Positions 21,315 through 31,064 of a stretch of DNA of 64,000 bases are shown in pieces. This stretch comes from Armatimonadota bacterium (GTDB taxonomy: Bacteria > Armatimonadota > UBA5829 > DSUL01), in assembly GCA_039811685.1 (NCBI GenBank), contig JBDHZC010000005.1, positions 128,001-192,000 on the forward strand, in the 5' to 3' direction. The position numbers were made by a program, and so were the translations under genes. The notes under the pieces were generated by a model. It worked only from the letters and a program-made list of their open reading frames with translations, was not told where the DNA came from and did no database searches. Positions within the stretch are counted from its first letter, which is position 1. Each line of letters starts with the position of its first letter.

Positions 21315-22847
21315 CTAGGCCCAGTACTTGCGGTCCAGGCTGCGGTACTGGATCGCTTCGGCGACGTGAGCCGCGGTGATTTCGTCGGAGTCCGCGAGAT
21401 CGGCGATCGTGCGGCCGACCTTCAGAATGCGGTCATAGGCTCTTGCCGAGAGATTCAACTGACTGATAGCGTTCCTCAAAATGTCTCTAACGGGCTGCCC
21501 GACCTGACAGTACTGTTTGATCTGCCGAGTCTGCATCTGGGCGTTGGTGAAGAAGCCCGTTCCGCGATAGCGCTCATTCTGACGCTGACGCGCGCGTCTG
21601 ACACGGTCGCGAATCGAGGATGAAGGCTCCCCGCTCTCCTGTTGCATCAGTTCATCCTGCTTCAGGCGCGGCACCTCCACGTGAATGTCCAGCCTGTCCA
21701 GCAACGGACCGGATATCCTCTGCAGGTACTGCCGGATTTGGCGCGGCGTGCAGGTGCAGGAAACAGCCAGATCGTTGAAATACCCGCACGGGCACGGATT
21801 CATACTGGCGACCAGCATGAACCTGGCGGGGTAGGTTAGCGACCCGGACGCGCGGCTGATGGTGACAACGCCATCTTCCAGCGGCTGGCGCAACACTTCC
21901 AGCACGTCCCGCCGGAACTCCGGCAGCTCATCCAGAAAGAGCACTCCGTGATGCGCAAGACTCACCTCTCCGGGCCTCGGATGCGCTCCTCCTCCGGAGA
22001 GGCCGGCATTGGAGATGGTGTGGTGCGGGCTGCGAAAGGCGCGCCTGGTAACCAGGGCCTCATCCTGTTGCATAAGTCCCGCCACCGAGTACAGCTTTGT
22101 CGTCTCCAGCGCCTCCTCCAGAGTCAGGCTGGGGAGGATGGTCGGCAGACGGCGCGCGAGCATGGTTTTCCCAGAGCCAGGTGGCCCGATCATCAGCACG
22201 TTGTGACCACCGGCAGCCGAGACCTCCAGCGCCCGCTTCACCTGCTGCTGACTTTTGACGTCTGAGAAGCAGACCGGGTAAGGAGGCTCCTGGAGTTCGA
22301 CGTCGGCGATCGAAGCCTGGATGGGCTCTGCGGCGAATCCACTTTGAATGAGTTCGTACACTTCAGCCAGATTGCTGACACCATAGACGGGCGGCCCCTG
22401 GACAATAGCGCCTTCGCCTGCGTTGCTCACCGGCACAATGAGGCGCTTCACTCCGTCACACTTGGCTTTGATTGCAATGGGCAGAACACCCTGCGTGCTG
22501 CGCACAGATCCGTCCAGAGACAGCTCTCCAAGAAAGAGACACCCTTCCAGCTTGTCTATCTCTATCTGTCCGGTAGCCGCCAGCAGGCCCATAGCAATGG
22601 GCAGATCAAAGGATGGCCCTTCTTTGCGGACATCTGCCGGCGCAAGGTTGATGGTGATGCGCCGCTGGGGAAAATCGAAACCGGAGTTTTTAACGGCGCT
22701 GCGGACGCGCTCACGGGATTCCTGCACGGCCGTATCTGGCAGGCCAACGATGGTAAATGCGGGGAGTCCTCCCAGCAGATCCACTTCGACGTCAACTAAG
22801 TAGGCGTCCACGCCCAGGACTGCGCTGGATGTTATACGTGCAAGCAT
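21315..22847 (-). CDS. comM: YifB/ComM Mg-chelatase-like AAA+ ATPase
   Basis: VGLPD.AV.ESRER, GPPGSGKT, PGEVSLAHHGVLFLDE, NPCPCG, SARAYDR. Confidence 0.93.
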   Translation of the reverse strand: MLARITSSAVLGVDAYLVDVEVDLLGGLPAFTIVGLPDTAVQESRERVRSAVKNSGFDFPQRRITINLAPADVRKEGPSFDLPIAMGLLAATGQIEIDKLEGCLFLGELSLDGSVRSTQGVLPIAIKAKCDGVKRLIVPVSNAGEGAIVQGPPVYGVSNLAEVYELIQSGFAAEPIQASIADVELQEPPYPVCFSDVKSQQQVKRALEVSAAGGHNVLMIGPPGSGKTMLARRLPTILPSLTLEEALETTKLYSVAGLMQQDEALVTRRAFRSPHHTISNAGLSGGGAHPRPGEVSLAHHGVLFLDELPEFRRDVLEVLRQPLEDGVVTISRASGSLTYPARFMLVASMNPCPCGYFNDLAVSCTCTPRQIRQYLQRISGPLLDRLDIHVEVPRLKQDELMQQESGEPSSSIRDRVRRARQRQNERYRGTGFFTNAQMQTRQIKQYCQVGQPVRDILRNAISQLNLSARAYDRILKVGRTIADLADSDEITAAHVAEAIQYRSLDRKYWA

Positions 22848-22875
22848 AGATGGAGCCCCGAGCCGGGGACGCTCC

Positions 22876-22905
22876 ATTATAAGTCGCGGCCTGACCCGCC
22901 GTCAA
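22876..22905 (-). promoter_or_regulatory. Sigma-70-type promoter of comM
   Basis: TTGACG-N18-TATAAT on the minus strand. Confidence 0.6.
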
Positions 22906-23210
22906 TTCATACGCCTTGCCCCATCCAAGATCAAACCAGAAAAATCGGAGAGGCCACACGGAATGAAAACAGCCTGGGGAGCAATTCGTGGAAGCCAACG
23001 TGGGTCCGTACCGTGGCGTTTTTTTAGTGTGATGCCGGCTTTTTCCAGCGCAGCGTCACTCGATTAGCCGTATGTTCAACTGTCCGAAACCGTAGCTCTG
23101 GCTTCGGAATTACGAGGTCTCTGGTCTGCTCCTGGTCGGCGCTGTGCGCACATGAGTCAGTCTCTGTGATATGCTGTCAAGTCTTGCGAAACTGTGGACG
23201 ACACTAATGG

Positions 23211-23948
23211 TTGCCGGTATTGCCTGAGATTTCCTACGATACATCCATCTTCCTGGCCTTCATTCTTGGAGCCTTTCACGTGCTGGAACCGGCGCACGGC
23301 CGCAGCATTATCCATGCGCTGCTCGTGGGGTCGCGTGGCAGCAAGCTGGACGTGGTGAAGTTTGGCTCTGCCGTCATGGTCTCCCATCTGGGCCTGGCTA
23401 CGGTGCTGGCCGTAATCGTGTGGTTTGCGGGGGAGCGCGTGGGCTCGCAGGTTGTCGCCCCGGCGTTCAAGATCATCGGTTCACTGGCGACGGTGGGAAT
23501 CGGTGTTTTCATGCTCACGTGTGGCGTCGGGCGCCACACCACTTGCGTTCACAAACATCACGGTATCGAGTTCGAGCATGACCCGGCGCACGAAGAAATC
23601 CACGCGCGACACATGCTGCAGGCGCATGTTGTCAACCCAACAATTCTGGGTGTAACGGGCGGCCTCATTCCCTGTCAGGGAACTATCGCGCTCATCACTC
23701 TTGCTGTAGGCGCCGGGCGGCTTCAGTCCGCAATCTGGCTTCTTCTGTCGTTTGCTCTCGGACTTGGGCTGTGTCTGATGGTTGTGGGGCTGATTACGGC
23801 TATGGGTCGCGCTCGGGCCGAGTCTCTGTCGCAGAAGCTCGGAGGTTCAACAGCGCTGGCGCTTGCGCCAGGTGTGGTCGTTGCGCTGATGGGCTTGATT
23901 TCGCTGGGCTTTTCGGTAGCCGAAATTACAAGCGGGCACGTTCACTGA
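23211..23948 (+). CDS. Nickel/cobalt transporter, RcnA/NicO family
   Basis: HVLEPAHG motif, His-rich loop HKHH..H...H...H..H, GGLIPC, multiple TM helices. Confidence 0.8.
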   Translation: MPVLPEISYDTSIFLAFILGAFHVLEPAHGRSIIHALLVGSRGSKLDVVKFGSAVMVSHLGLATVLAVIVWFAGERVGSQVVAPAFKIIGSLATVGIGVFMLTCGVGRHTTCVHKHHGIEFEHDPAHEEIHARHMLQAHVVNPTILGVTGGLIPCQGTIALITLAVGAGRLQSAIWLLLSFALGLGLCLMVVGLITAMGRARAESLSQKLGGSTALALAPGVVVALMGLISLGFSVAEITSGHVH

Positions 23949-23981
23949 GACTTTCAGCAAAGCCCTCTCTTCCCGGAAAAA

Positions 23982-26813
23982 CTACAGCTCCACCAGAGCG
24001 AAGTGCTCGTGGAACCATTCGGGGTCTTCCCGCTCCATCAGACGGTGGCGGTCTTCGTGGCAGGTCACCAGAATCACCTGGTTGTCCTGATTGACCCGCT
24101 CCGCCAACAGACGCATTCCCTTGCGGAAGCGCGGATCGTCCCAGGTCAGAAACGGGTCGTCGAGGAGGATTGGCACAGCTTCATCGCGTGACAGAGCGCG
24201 GCAGATACCGGTCCTGGCGGCAAACCACACCTGATCTCTGGCGCCCGAAGACAGGTGCGCGCTTGCTTCCAGCATATCCAGCCAGCGCCCGGACGAAGCG
24301 TCACGCACTTTGAAAGAGAGGTCTTCGGAGAAGACCACGTCCGACCAGTTTACGTCAAGCTCCTTGAGCATGCCATTCGCCGCAGAGTTGAGCCACAGCG
24401 CCCACTGTCTGCGAGCGTTCTCTCCCACATCCGAGAGTACGCCAATAGCAATTTCAGCGGCTTTTTGAAATCTCTGAGCGCGGTCGAGATAGGCCTGCAA
24501 CCGGGCAGCGTCGTCTTCCACCTGCGGGAGGTCCTGCCGGATACGGTTCAGCGTCTCCCACAGCCCGGCGGATAACTCCGTGTGGCGGGCGGTAGTGAAC
24601 TGAAGCTGAGACCGAATCTCGTCAAGACGCGCGCGCGCCTGTCCGGCGGCCTGAGAGGTCTGAGGCCCCGTCCGCAAGCCAACCAGACGTGTCTCAAGCT
24701 CGGCCTTTTCACTCAGCAACGCGCTGAGTTCCTCGCCGGGGATCAGTCCCACCTGTCTGGCCGGAAGAAGCTCACTTGTCAGATAGTGATAGCGCCGTGT
24801 TTTTTCCGCCTGCTCGACGAACTGTGCCGTCGCCTCATCCAGCCCGCCCTGTGGTGGGATGCCGGCTTTCTGGAGGATTTCCAGAATCTCCTGTTTTTGT
24901 CTGCTGAGCTGCTCGCGCAGCGCTTCTACTTCACTTGAGAGCGTGTCATATCGCGCTTTGATCTGAGCGCGCTCGCGTGAAAGCTCCATCATCTGCGATG
25001 CTGCCAGAGCCAGGCGCTGAATCTCTGTGGAGTTTGTTTCCGCCGTCGAGAGCTGCTGCCCACATTCTGCGGCCACGGATATCGCTTTGAACTGCGCCGC
25101 TTCGAGCCTCTCGGACATCTCACGCATGCTGGTGTGCACGCGCGCCCATTCCCGGATCAAATGCCGATTGCCGACGTACTGCAGCCAGTCCTCGGCTGCC
25201 GCGCGTCCGGACTCGAGTCCCAGATTCTGAGCTGCCTTGTCCGCCTTTTTGTGCAGCTCTTCCAACTCCGCAGAGCGTTTGGCGTACTCCAGGGCAATTT
25301 CTCCCAGACTCTTATCCAGAGACGCAATTTCTGTTTTTCGCGAGAGAGCCTGGTTGGCCTGCACAGCGCAAAGCAGCAGAAACAGCGCAGACAGCCCCGT
25401 GCACACATAGAAAACCGGCCCCACGCCCGCAAACAGCGACACCCCGCCAAAGGCCGCGGCGCACACCATCAGAAAGGCAGACACGACAGCAAACCGTTTG
25501 TGCAGCGCCTTTCGCTTGAGCAGGCCGTCTTTCGCGCCGTTCTTCTCCTCTTCACTGCGGCGGTAGCCTTCGCGATCCTGATCGTACACGCGTGTGCGCT
25601 CGATCCACGTCGTAATCGCCAACTGATCGTCATACAAAGCGGAGTCAAAGCAGTTGTACAGCCGCTCCGCGCTCTTTTCCGTCAAAGAGTTCTGATCCAG
25701 CAGACGCCCTAAGGACTCCAGCTGCCCCTTCACCGCCTTTTGATCGCGCTCCAGCTCTCTGAGAACCGTCGCCGAGTCGCGCAGCAGATCGGCCTGCGTC
25801 TGTCCCGCCTCTGCCAGCAGCCCAGCCTGTCCAAGTTCTCCCTCCAGCTCATCGAGCTTGCCTTTGATCTCCTCGAGCTGCGTGTCCTTTTCCAGAAGTA
25901 CGGGAGCATTCGTCTGAACGGAGATGGCCAGGCGAGTCAGAGTGTCCTGGCTGGCCTGCGGAAAGTCTTTGAGGTATTCCAGAGCTTCCGCCTCCTGCTG
26001 AAGGCCGAGGGATTCCATTTCTGAGTGCTGATGCCGGGCGAGACGCTCATTGATCTCGGCAAGCCGCAGGCGGGCCTCTTCAGCGCCAGCTTCTTCTTCC
26101 TCTGCCTTAAGCGCCTCGATACGGCGCTCAAGGTCTTCCATTTCCGCGATTTCCGCCGAACGCTGCGCCCGCTGCGCTTCCATTTCCGTTTTGCGCGTCT
26201 CAGCCTCGCTCAGTTGAGCCTGCGCTCGGGCAATGGCCGTCGAGAGCAAAACCAGATTGCCGTTCGGATCGCGGTAGCGCTGCGTAGAGTGTTCAATGAG
26301 CTTGGCCGCCGCTTCTGCTGTCAGCTCTGATCCGGACAGCAACTCTTCCAGCCGCTCGCGCACACCGCCGGAATCACTGAGCTGCAGCGTCTCCTTGCCT
26401 GAAATGCACGACAGCCGCCTGAAGTCCTCCGCGCTTATGCCCAGCCAGGCGCGCGCGCCTTCCCCGTTTGTTGAAGGAGTGAGGTCTTCTCCGCTGGTAA
26501 GGTTCATGGCTTGATAGCGCTTGCCGCCAAAATCCCGAATGAGCCGGACATGCGAACTCTGCACCTCCACATCCAGCTCTAGCCCGAACTCTTCAGACTC
26601 CCAGGGCTCATACACTGTTTTGAGCGGCACTTTGGTTCTGGAGGCGCGCTCCTTCTCCGGCAGGCCGTAAAGCCCTGCAATAATCGCTTCGAGCAGAGCA
26701 GTCTTCCCACTCTCGTTAGGGCGGGCAATCAATGCGACCTTATTCTCAGGCAAATGGATTTCGCGGTTGATCAACTTTCCAAAACCGCGAACCAGCAGCT
26801 TCTTAATGCGCAT
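23982..26813 (-). CDS. SMC/Rad50-like ATPase, YhaN/SbcE type, with central TM hairpin
   Basis: GFGK, Walker A PNESGKT, long coiled coils, LSSG signature, LLDDPF, VTCH. Confidence 0.85.
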   Translation of the reverse strand: MRIKKLLVRGFGKLINREIHLPENKVALIARPNESGKTALLEAIIAGLYGLPEKERASRTKVPLKTVYEPWESEEFGLELDVEVQSSHVRLIRDFGGKRYQAMNLTSGEDLTPSTNGEGARAWLGISAEDFRRLSCISGKETLQLSDSGGVRERLEELLSGSELTAEAAAKLIEHSTQRYRDPNGNLVLLSTAIARAQAQLSEAETRKTEMEAQRAQRSAEIAEMEDLERRIEALKAEEEEAGAEEARLRLAEINERLARHQHSEMESLGLQQEAEALEYLKDFPQASQDTLTRLAISVQTNAPVLLEKDTQLEEIKGKLDELEGELGQAGLLAEAGQTQADLLRDSATVLRELERDQKAVKGQLESLGRLLDQNSLTEKSAERLYNCFDSALYDDQLAITTWIERTRVYDQDREGYRRSEEEKNGAKDGLLKRKALHKRFAVVSAFLMVCAAAFGGVSLFAGVGPVFYVCTGLSALFLLLCAVQANQALSRKTEIASLDKSLGEIALEYAKRSAELEELHKKADKAAQNLGLESGRAAAEDWLQYVGNRHLIREWARVHTSMREMSERLEAAQFKAISVAAECGQQLSTAETNSTEIQRLALAASQMMELSRERAQIKARYDTLSSEVEALREQLSRQKQEILEILQKAGIPPQGGLDEATAQFVEQAEKTRRYHYLTSELLPARQVGLIPGEELSALLSEKAELETRLVGLRTGPQTSQAAGQARARLDEIRSQLQFTTARHTELSAGLWETLNRIRQDLPQVEDDAARLQAYLDRAQRFQKAAEIAIGVLSDVGENARRQWALWLNSAANGMLKELDVNWSDVVFSEDLSFKVRDASSGRWLDMLEASAHLSSGARDQVWFAARTGICRALSRDEAVPILLDDPFLTWDDPRFRKGMRLLAERVNQDNQVILVTCHEDRHRLMEREDPEWFHEHFALVEL

Positions 26814-27978
26814 TGGGAGCCTTTCCGTAGATGGCGTCCAGTCCAAGGTAAAGCGCTTCGTCCAGCACACTCTGATCTTCGGCTCCGGACTGTTTCATCT
26901 CCTGAATCCGGCGCACAAAGCGCCCTGGCAGGCCTTCAGATGCCGCGGGATCCATCAGCGCGTCAATGTCGTAGTCGGGAACCACCTGGGATGTGTCGCA
27001 GGTGAAGGCATAGAAGCGATCAGTCATGAAGCCCGGTTGCATCTCCAGCGATATCTCCCGAGCTATCCGGCCTGTGAACTGCACATAGAGCAGGTCCCCA
27101 CCGGGGTGTTCCACTGCCGCGTTCTCCACCGCTCCCATGATCTCCGGCAGCCCTTTGCCCGTAACATCCACTGAAAGCTTCCAGAGGCTGCGAGAAGATA
27201 TTGCGCAGAACTCGGCGGTGACGCCAGAAGAGGTTGTTTCGATCAACAGGGCGCCTTTCGGGCCGCATTCATCCAACCCGCGTCCCTGAGGACACCCGCT
27301 ATAGGCGCCCAGAGCCTTCCCGTTCTCATCAGCAAATATCCGGGCGCTGTGATAGTGCCCGGCGGCTATCCAGCTTACCTGCTGGCGCTCCAGGTCTTCG
27401 GTTGTAAACGGGAGAGTGTTGTCTTTCTCAGGCAGGTCCACAGCTTTGTACGAACCGTGCACCATCAGAATGCGCGTGGGAGTTGCCCCGCAGTCCACTT
27501 TCTCAGAAAGCAGGCGCTCTTGAATCTGGGAGGACTGCGTATGGGCAAGCGACGTGACGGAGAATCTCCCGTCCGCGCTGGTGAGCGTCTGAAAGGTGGG
27601 TGAGGTGAAAACGTGGGCGTTTTCCGGCCAGGCTGACTGCGGATAGCGCTGTGCCCACATGGAGTGGTAGGGGCTTCCGGGCCAGAGTGGATCGTGGTTG
27701 CCAGGCGCGATGAAAACCGGAATTGGCGCTATCTCGCGGATGCAGGAAACCGCCCATGACACGTGCTCGGGATGCACGCTTTCGTCGTCAAAGAGATCTC
27801 CTGGAATGAGAACAGCGTCCACAGAGCGCTCTTTGGCCAGCAGCATAGCGCGGCGGAATGTGTCCCGCACGCAGCGAGTCAGCTCTTCGCACTGGGCCGG
27901 GCTCAGCCAGTTCAGGCCGACCCGCGATCCGAGATGAACGTCTGAAACTTGCAGAAACCTCACGTGTTCCTCACCCAT
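26803..27978 (-). CDS. Mre11/SbcD-like metallophosphoesterase nuclease (YhaO type)
   Basis: SDVHLG, GDLFD, GNHD, HG, GHYH, YSG.PQGR; overlaps the ATPase start. Confidence 0.88.
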   Translation of the reverse strand: MGEEHVRFLQVSDVHLGSRVGLNWLSPAQCEELTRCVRDTFRRAMLLAKERSVDAVLIPGDLFDDESVHPEHVSWAVSCIREIAPIPVFIAPGNHDPLWPGSPYHSMWAQRYPQSAWPENAHVFTSPTFQTLTSADGRFSVTSLAHTQSSQIQERLLSEKVDCGATPTRILMVHGSYKAVDLPEKDNTLPFTTEDLERQQVSWIAAGHYHSARIFADENGKALGAYSGCPQGRGLDECGPKGALLIETTSSGVTAEFCAISSRSLWKLSVDVTGKGLPEIMGAVENAAVEHPGGDLLYVQFTGRIAREISLEMQPGFMTDRFYAFTCDTSQVVPDYDIDALMDPAASEGLPGRFVRRIQEMKQSGAEDQSVLDEALYLGLDAIYGKAPNAH

Positions 27979-28135
27979 GGCGCTCACCGGCTGAATACAG
28001 TGCCACGTGCGCAACGCTCACAGAAGCCAGGCAGGAACGCCGCAGCCGGACGCCGACGCTCTATTTTCGGCACTTTGACGCTTATCTTCCAGATGCGAAT
28101 TCCTCACCAGAAACGCACCCGAGACACCTGCCGCG

Positions 28136-29359
28136 CTAGGCTTTCTCCAGTTCAAAAGCCTGGTGCAGCACACGCACCGCCTGCTGAATATCGTCAGAGT
28201 TGATCAATACAGTGATGCGAATCTCGCTTGTTGTGATGGAAAGGATGTTGATTCCAGCCTCAGCAAGCGCGGAGAACATTTTGTCCGCATAGCCCGGGTG
28301 CGAGCGAATGCCCGTGCCGACAATGGAGACCTTGGCCACATCTTCATCCACCGTCACCTCACCGGCGTTCAAGTCCTTGGCGACGGCGGTAGTGACCGCC
28401 AACGCCGTGCCAAAGTCCTCGTCGTTCACGGTGAAGGAGAGATCCGTCACGCCTTTTGAAGAGACGTTTTGCACGATAATGTCAACGCTCACATTCTTCT
28501 CGGCAAGGGCGTGGAAAATGCGGGAGGCTGCGCCGGGAATGTCCGGCACGCTTGCTACAGTAATGCGGTTGGTTTTCGCATCATGCGCAATTCCTCGTAC
28601 CGGATTGCGAATTTCCATCTGCTCGTCTTCATGTCTGATCACTGTACCGGGTGCCTCCGTCTGGCTGTGCGCCACCAAAATCTCAATATCGTATAGCTCA
28701 CCGAGCTCTACCGCGCGCGAGTGCATCACCTTCGCGCCCTGTCCCGCAAGCTCCAACATCTCTTCGTAAGAAACGCTGTCCAGCTTGCGCGCTTCCGGGA
28801 CAATGCGCGGGTCTGTGGTGTAAACGCCCTCGACATCCGTGTATATCTCGCAGCGGTCCGCGTCCAGAGCGCGCGCCACAGCCACAGCGGTAGTGTCCGA
28901 TCCGCCGCGCCCCAGCGTCGTAATGTCAGCCCAACTGGCGTGCTCCGTAATGCCCTGAAATCCCGCGATGACCAGTACGTTGCCCTTGTCCAGCTCGCGG
29001 CGCATGCGTGTTGGGTCAATTTTCGAGATACGCGCTTTGCGATGAACCACTTCCGTGATAATGCCAGCCTGTCCGCCTGTCAGGGACACGGCCTTGCAGC
29101 CAAGTGACTGAAGCGCCATTGTCATCAGAGCGCTTGAGGCTTGCTCGCCTGTTGCCAGCAGCTTGTCCATCTCGCGGGGGTCAGGAGCTGTGCTGAGCTG
29201 TTGCGCGAGAGCGATGAGGTTGTCCGTGGTTTTTCCCATAGCGCTGACCACGATCGCTACATCCGCTTTTTCGCGTGTCCGGGCTACGCGCGTCGCCACC
29301 GCCATTATCCGGTCGGCATCCGCAACCGAGCTGCCCCCGTACTTCTGCACCACAAGCAT
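28136..29359 (-). CDS. lysC: Aspartate kinase
   Basis: QKYGGSSV, TTLGRGGSD, TDVEGVYTTDPR, two ACT domains. Confidence 0.95.
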   Translation of the reverse strand: MLVVQKYGGSSVADADRIMAVATRVARTREKADVAIVVSAMGKTTDNLIALAQQLSTAPDPREMDKLLATGEQASSALMTMALQSLGCKAVSLTGGQAGIITEVVHRKARISKIDPTRMRRELDKGNVLVIAGFQGITEHASWADITTLGRGGSDTTAVAVARALDADRCEIYTDVEGVYTTDPRIVPEARKLDSVSYEEMLELAGQGAKVMHSRAVELGELYDIEILVAHSQTEAPGTVIRHEDEQMEIRNPVRGIAHDAKTNRITVASVPDIPGAASRIFHALAEKNVSVDIIVQNVSSKGVTDLSFTVNDEDFGTALAVTTAVAKDLNAGEVTVDEDVAKVSIVGTGIRSHPGYADKMFSALAEAGINILSITTSEIRITVLINSDDIQQAVRVLHQAFELEKA

Positions 29360-29437
29360 ACTGAATCTGTCCCTCTAGCGCGTGCTTTTTGCGCCGCCGG
29401 CAATCTTGGAAAACCGTTGGCATTTTAGCACGGACGG

Positions 29438-29833
29438 TCAAGGCCGTCTGAGGGCGCCCGGTAACTGGATGCGGGTCAGTTGTTTGCGTGAAGGATTTAG
29501 CAGGTCCTCCGGCTCTTTCGGCTCATACGCGGCGATGTACCAGGCTACGCCGATGTCCAGGAGAGGAACGATCATCAGCGCGCCAAGCCAGTCCGGCTTG
29601 TCCATGGATCGCGCAATCTCCATCCAGAGAAGCGCCCACACCAGGATGTTTATAACGGGAAGAAGAAGCCCAACAAGCCACAGAAGGTTTTTGTCCGCTA
29701 TCTCGCACACCAGATAGAGCTGGAGAAGGGGAATGAACGCCATCCATTCGTTGTCAGTTGAGGTCTTTGTGGCGACGACGTATATGGGTATGGCAATCGC
29801 CACATAGCTAATGACCAGCCAAATGTACTCCAC
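29438..29833 (-). CDS. Small membrane protein (DUF5684-like)
   Basis: WMAFIP motif, hydrophobic segments, GGGAGG RBS. Confidence 0.6.
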   Translation of the reverse strand: MEYIWLVISYVAIAIPIYVVATKTSTDNEWMAFIPLLQLYLVCEIADKNLLWLVGLLLPVINILVWALLWMEIARSMDKPDWLGALMIVPLLDIGVAWYIAAYEPKEPEDLLNPSRKQLTRIQLPGALRRP

Positions 29834-29924
29834 AGTAAATACCTCCCTGCAGTCCGCGACAGCGGGCGGCTTGTTCCACTGTAAGCCTTCCAGATATGCC
29901 TGTCAAGCATAGAGGCGCAGGATG

Positions 29925-31022
29925 CTAGTCGAGGTCGAAGAAGCGCTGTAGAATTGCGCTCGCCGTCTCCACCTGTGCCAGTGGAACGCTCTCTCGGTCA
30001 GTGTGCGCCAGAGCTATGTCCCCCGGACCGAAGACAACCGAGGGCAGCCCAGCCGCCGAATAGACGGCGGCGTCAGTCGCGTAGTTTGCGGAGATGCTGG
30101 GGAGCGTGGAGGCGTCTATGAGACGGCGCACAAGAGGCAGGTCTTCGGGAGTCTCCAGCGCAGGGCCCGCCAGATATGGCGCGTGAATTTCCACATCTGA
30201 CGGGAGGTGCGACCGCAACTCATCCAGCAGCGCCTCCTGCGTGTCTCCCGGGAGGCTTCTCACGTCCACATGCGCTGACGCCGAAGCCGGAATCACATTG
30301 GCGGCCTGTCCGCCCTCAATCATATTCACCGAAAGCGTCCGCGTTCCAAGCCCCGCTCTCTCCTCACTCGACCAGCGTTCGGCCTGCTCTTGCAGCGCTG
30401 TGATCGCTGTAGCCAGAGGATAGATAGCGTTGACGCCCAGCTCGGGTGTGGCGGAGTGGCAGCTTTTCCCTTTCGCGCCAAGCACAAAGCGCATAACGCC
30501 CTTGTGCCGGGTGAGGATATGCAAGTGTGTCGGTTCCCCGGCGATCACCAGATCGGCTTTCAGGTGAGTCGCGGCTGCCTGTGAGCCTGCAAAGCCCGCT
30601 TCCTCATCGCAGACGGCGGCAAAGGTCAGGTTGAAGGCGCAGTCACCGCGCCGCGCCGCTTCAAGAAAACTGTGCGCAAAGACCGCCAGACTCGCTTTCG
30701 TGTCGCAGCTTCCACGTCCGAAGATTGTCCCGTCCCGCTCGATCGGGTCAAAAGGATCGCCTTCCCAGTCCTCTGCGGGTACAGTGTCAGTATGCGCGGA
30801 CAGAACCACCGTCTGAGGCTTGCCGAAGTCCAGGTGCGCAAACAGATTTGGCCGTCCCGGAAGGACTTCGCGCAGTTCGCAGTCCAGGCCCGGCTGCTTG
30901 AACAAAGCGCTGAGATACGCGCAGACGTCGGCTTCTCCGTCCGGGCTGAACTCCGGCCTGATACTCGGGCTCACGCTGCGGATAGCGACAAGGTCTTTGA
31001 GGACTGATCTGATATCCTTCAC
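29925..31022 (-). CDS. M20 family metallohydrolase (ArgE/DapE-like)
   Basis: AHTDTV, GRGSCDTK, DEE, GEPT, GPG..AH. Confidence 0.88.
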   Translation of the reverse strand: MKDIRSVLKDLVAIRSVSPSIRPEFSPDGEADVCAYLSALFKQPGLDCELREVLPGRPNLFAHLDFGKPQTVVLSAHTDTVPAEDWEGDPFDPIERDGTIFGRGSCDTKASLAVFAHSFLEAARRGDCAFNLTFAAVCDEEAGFAGSQAAATHLKADLVIAGEPTHLHILTRHKGVMRFVLGAKGKSCHSATPELGVNAIYPLATAITALQEQAERWSSEERAGLGTRTLSVNMIEGGQAANVIPASASAHVDVRSLPGDTQEALLDELRSHLPSDVEIHAPYLAGPALETPEDLPLVRRLIDASTLPSISANYATDAAVYSAAGLPSVVFGPGDIALAHTDRESVPLAQVETASAILQRFFDLD

Positions 31023-31064
31023 AAGCGCATGTTGCGCCAGCGCGCGCCGGAGCGCAAGGCGTCT

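Noticed and set aside
22910..23210. NiCo riboswitch upstream of the Ni/Co transporter
   Set aside because: Could not find the conserved four-way-junction sequence elements.
29360..29437. Lysine riboswitch before lysC
   Set aside because: The intergenic gap of 78 nt is too short.
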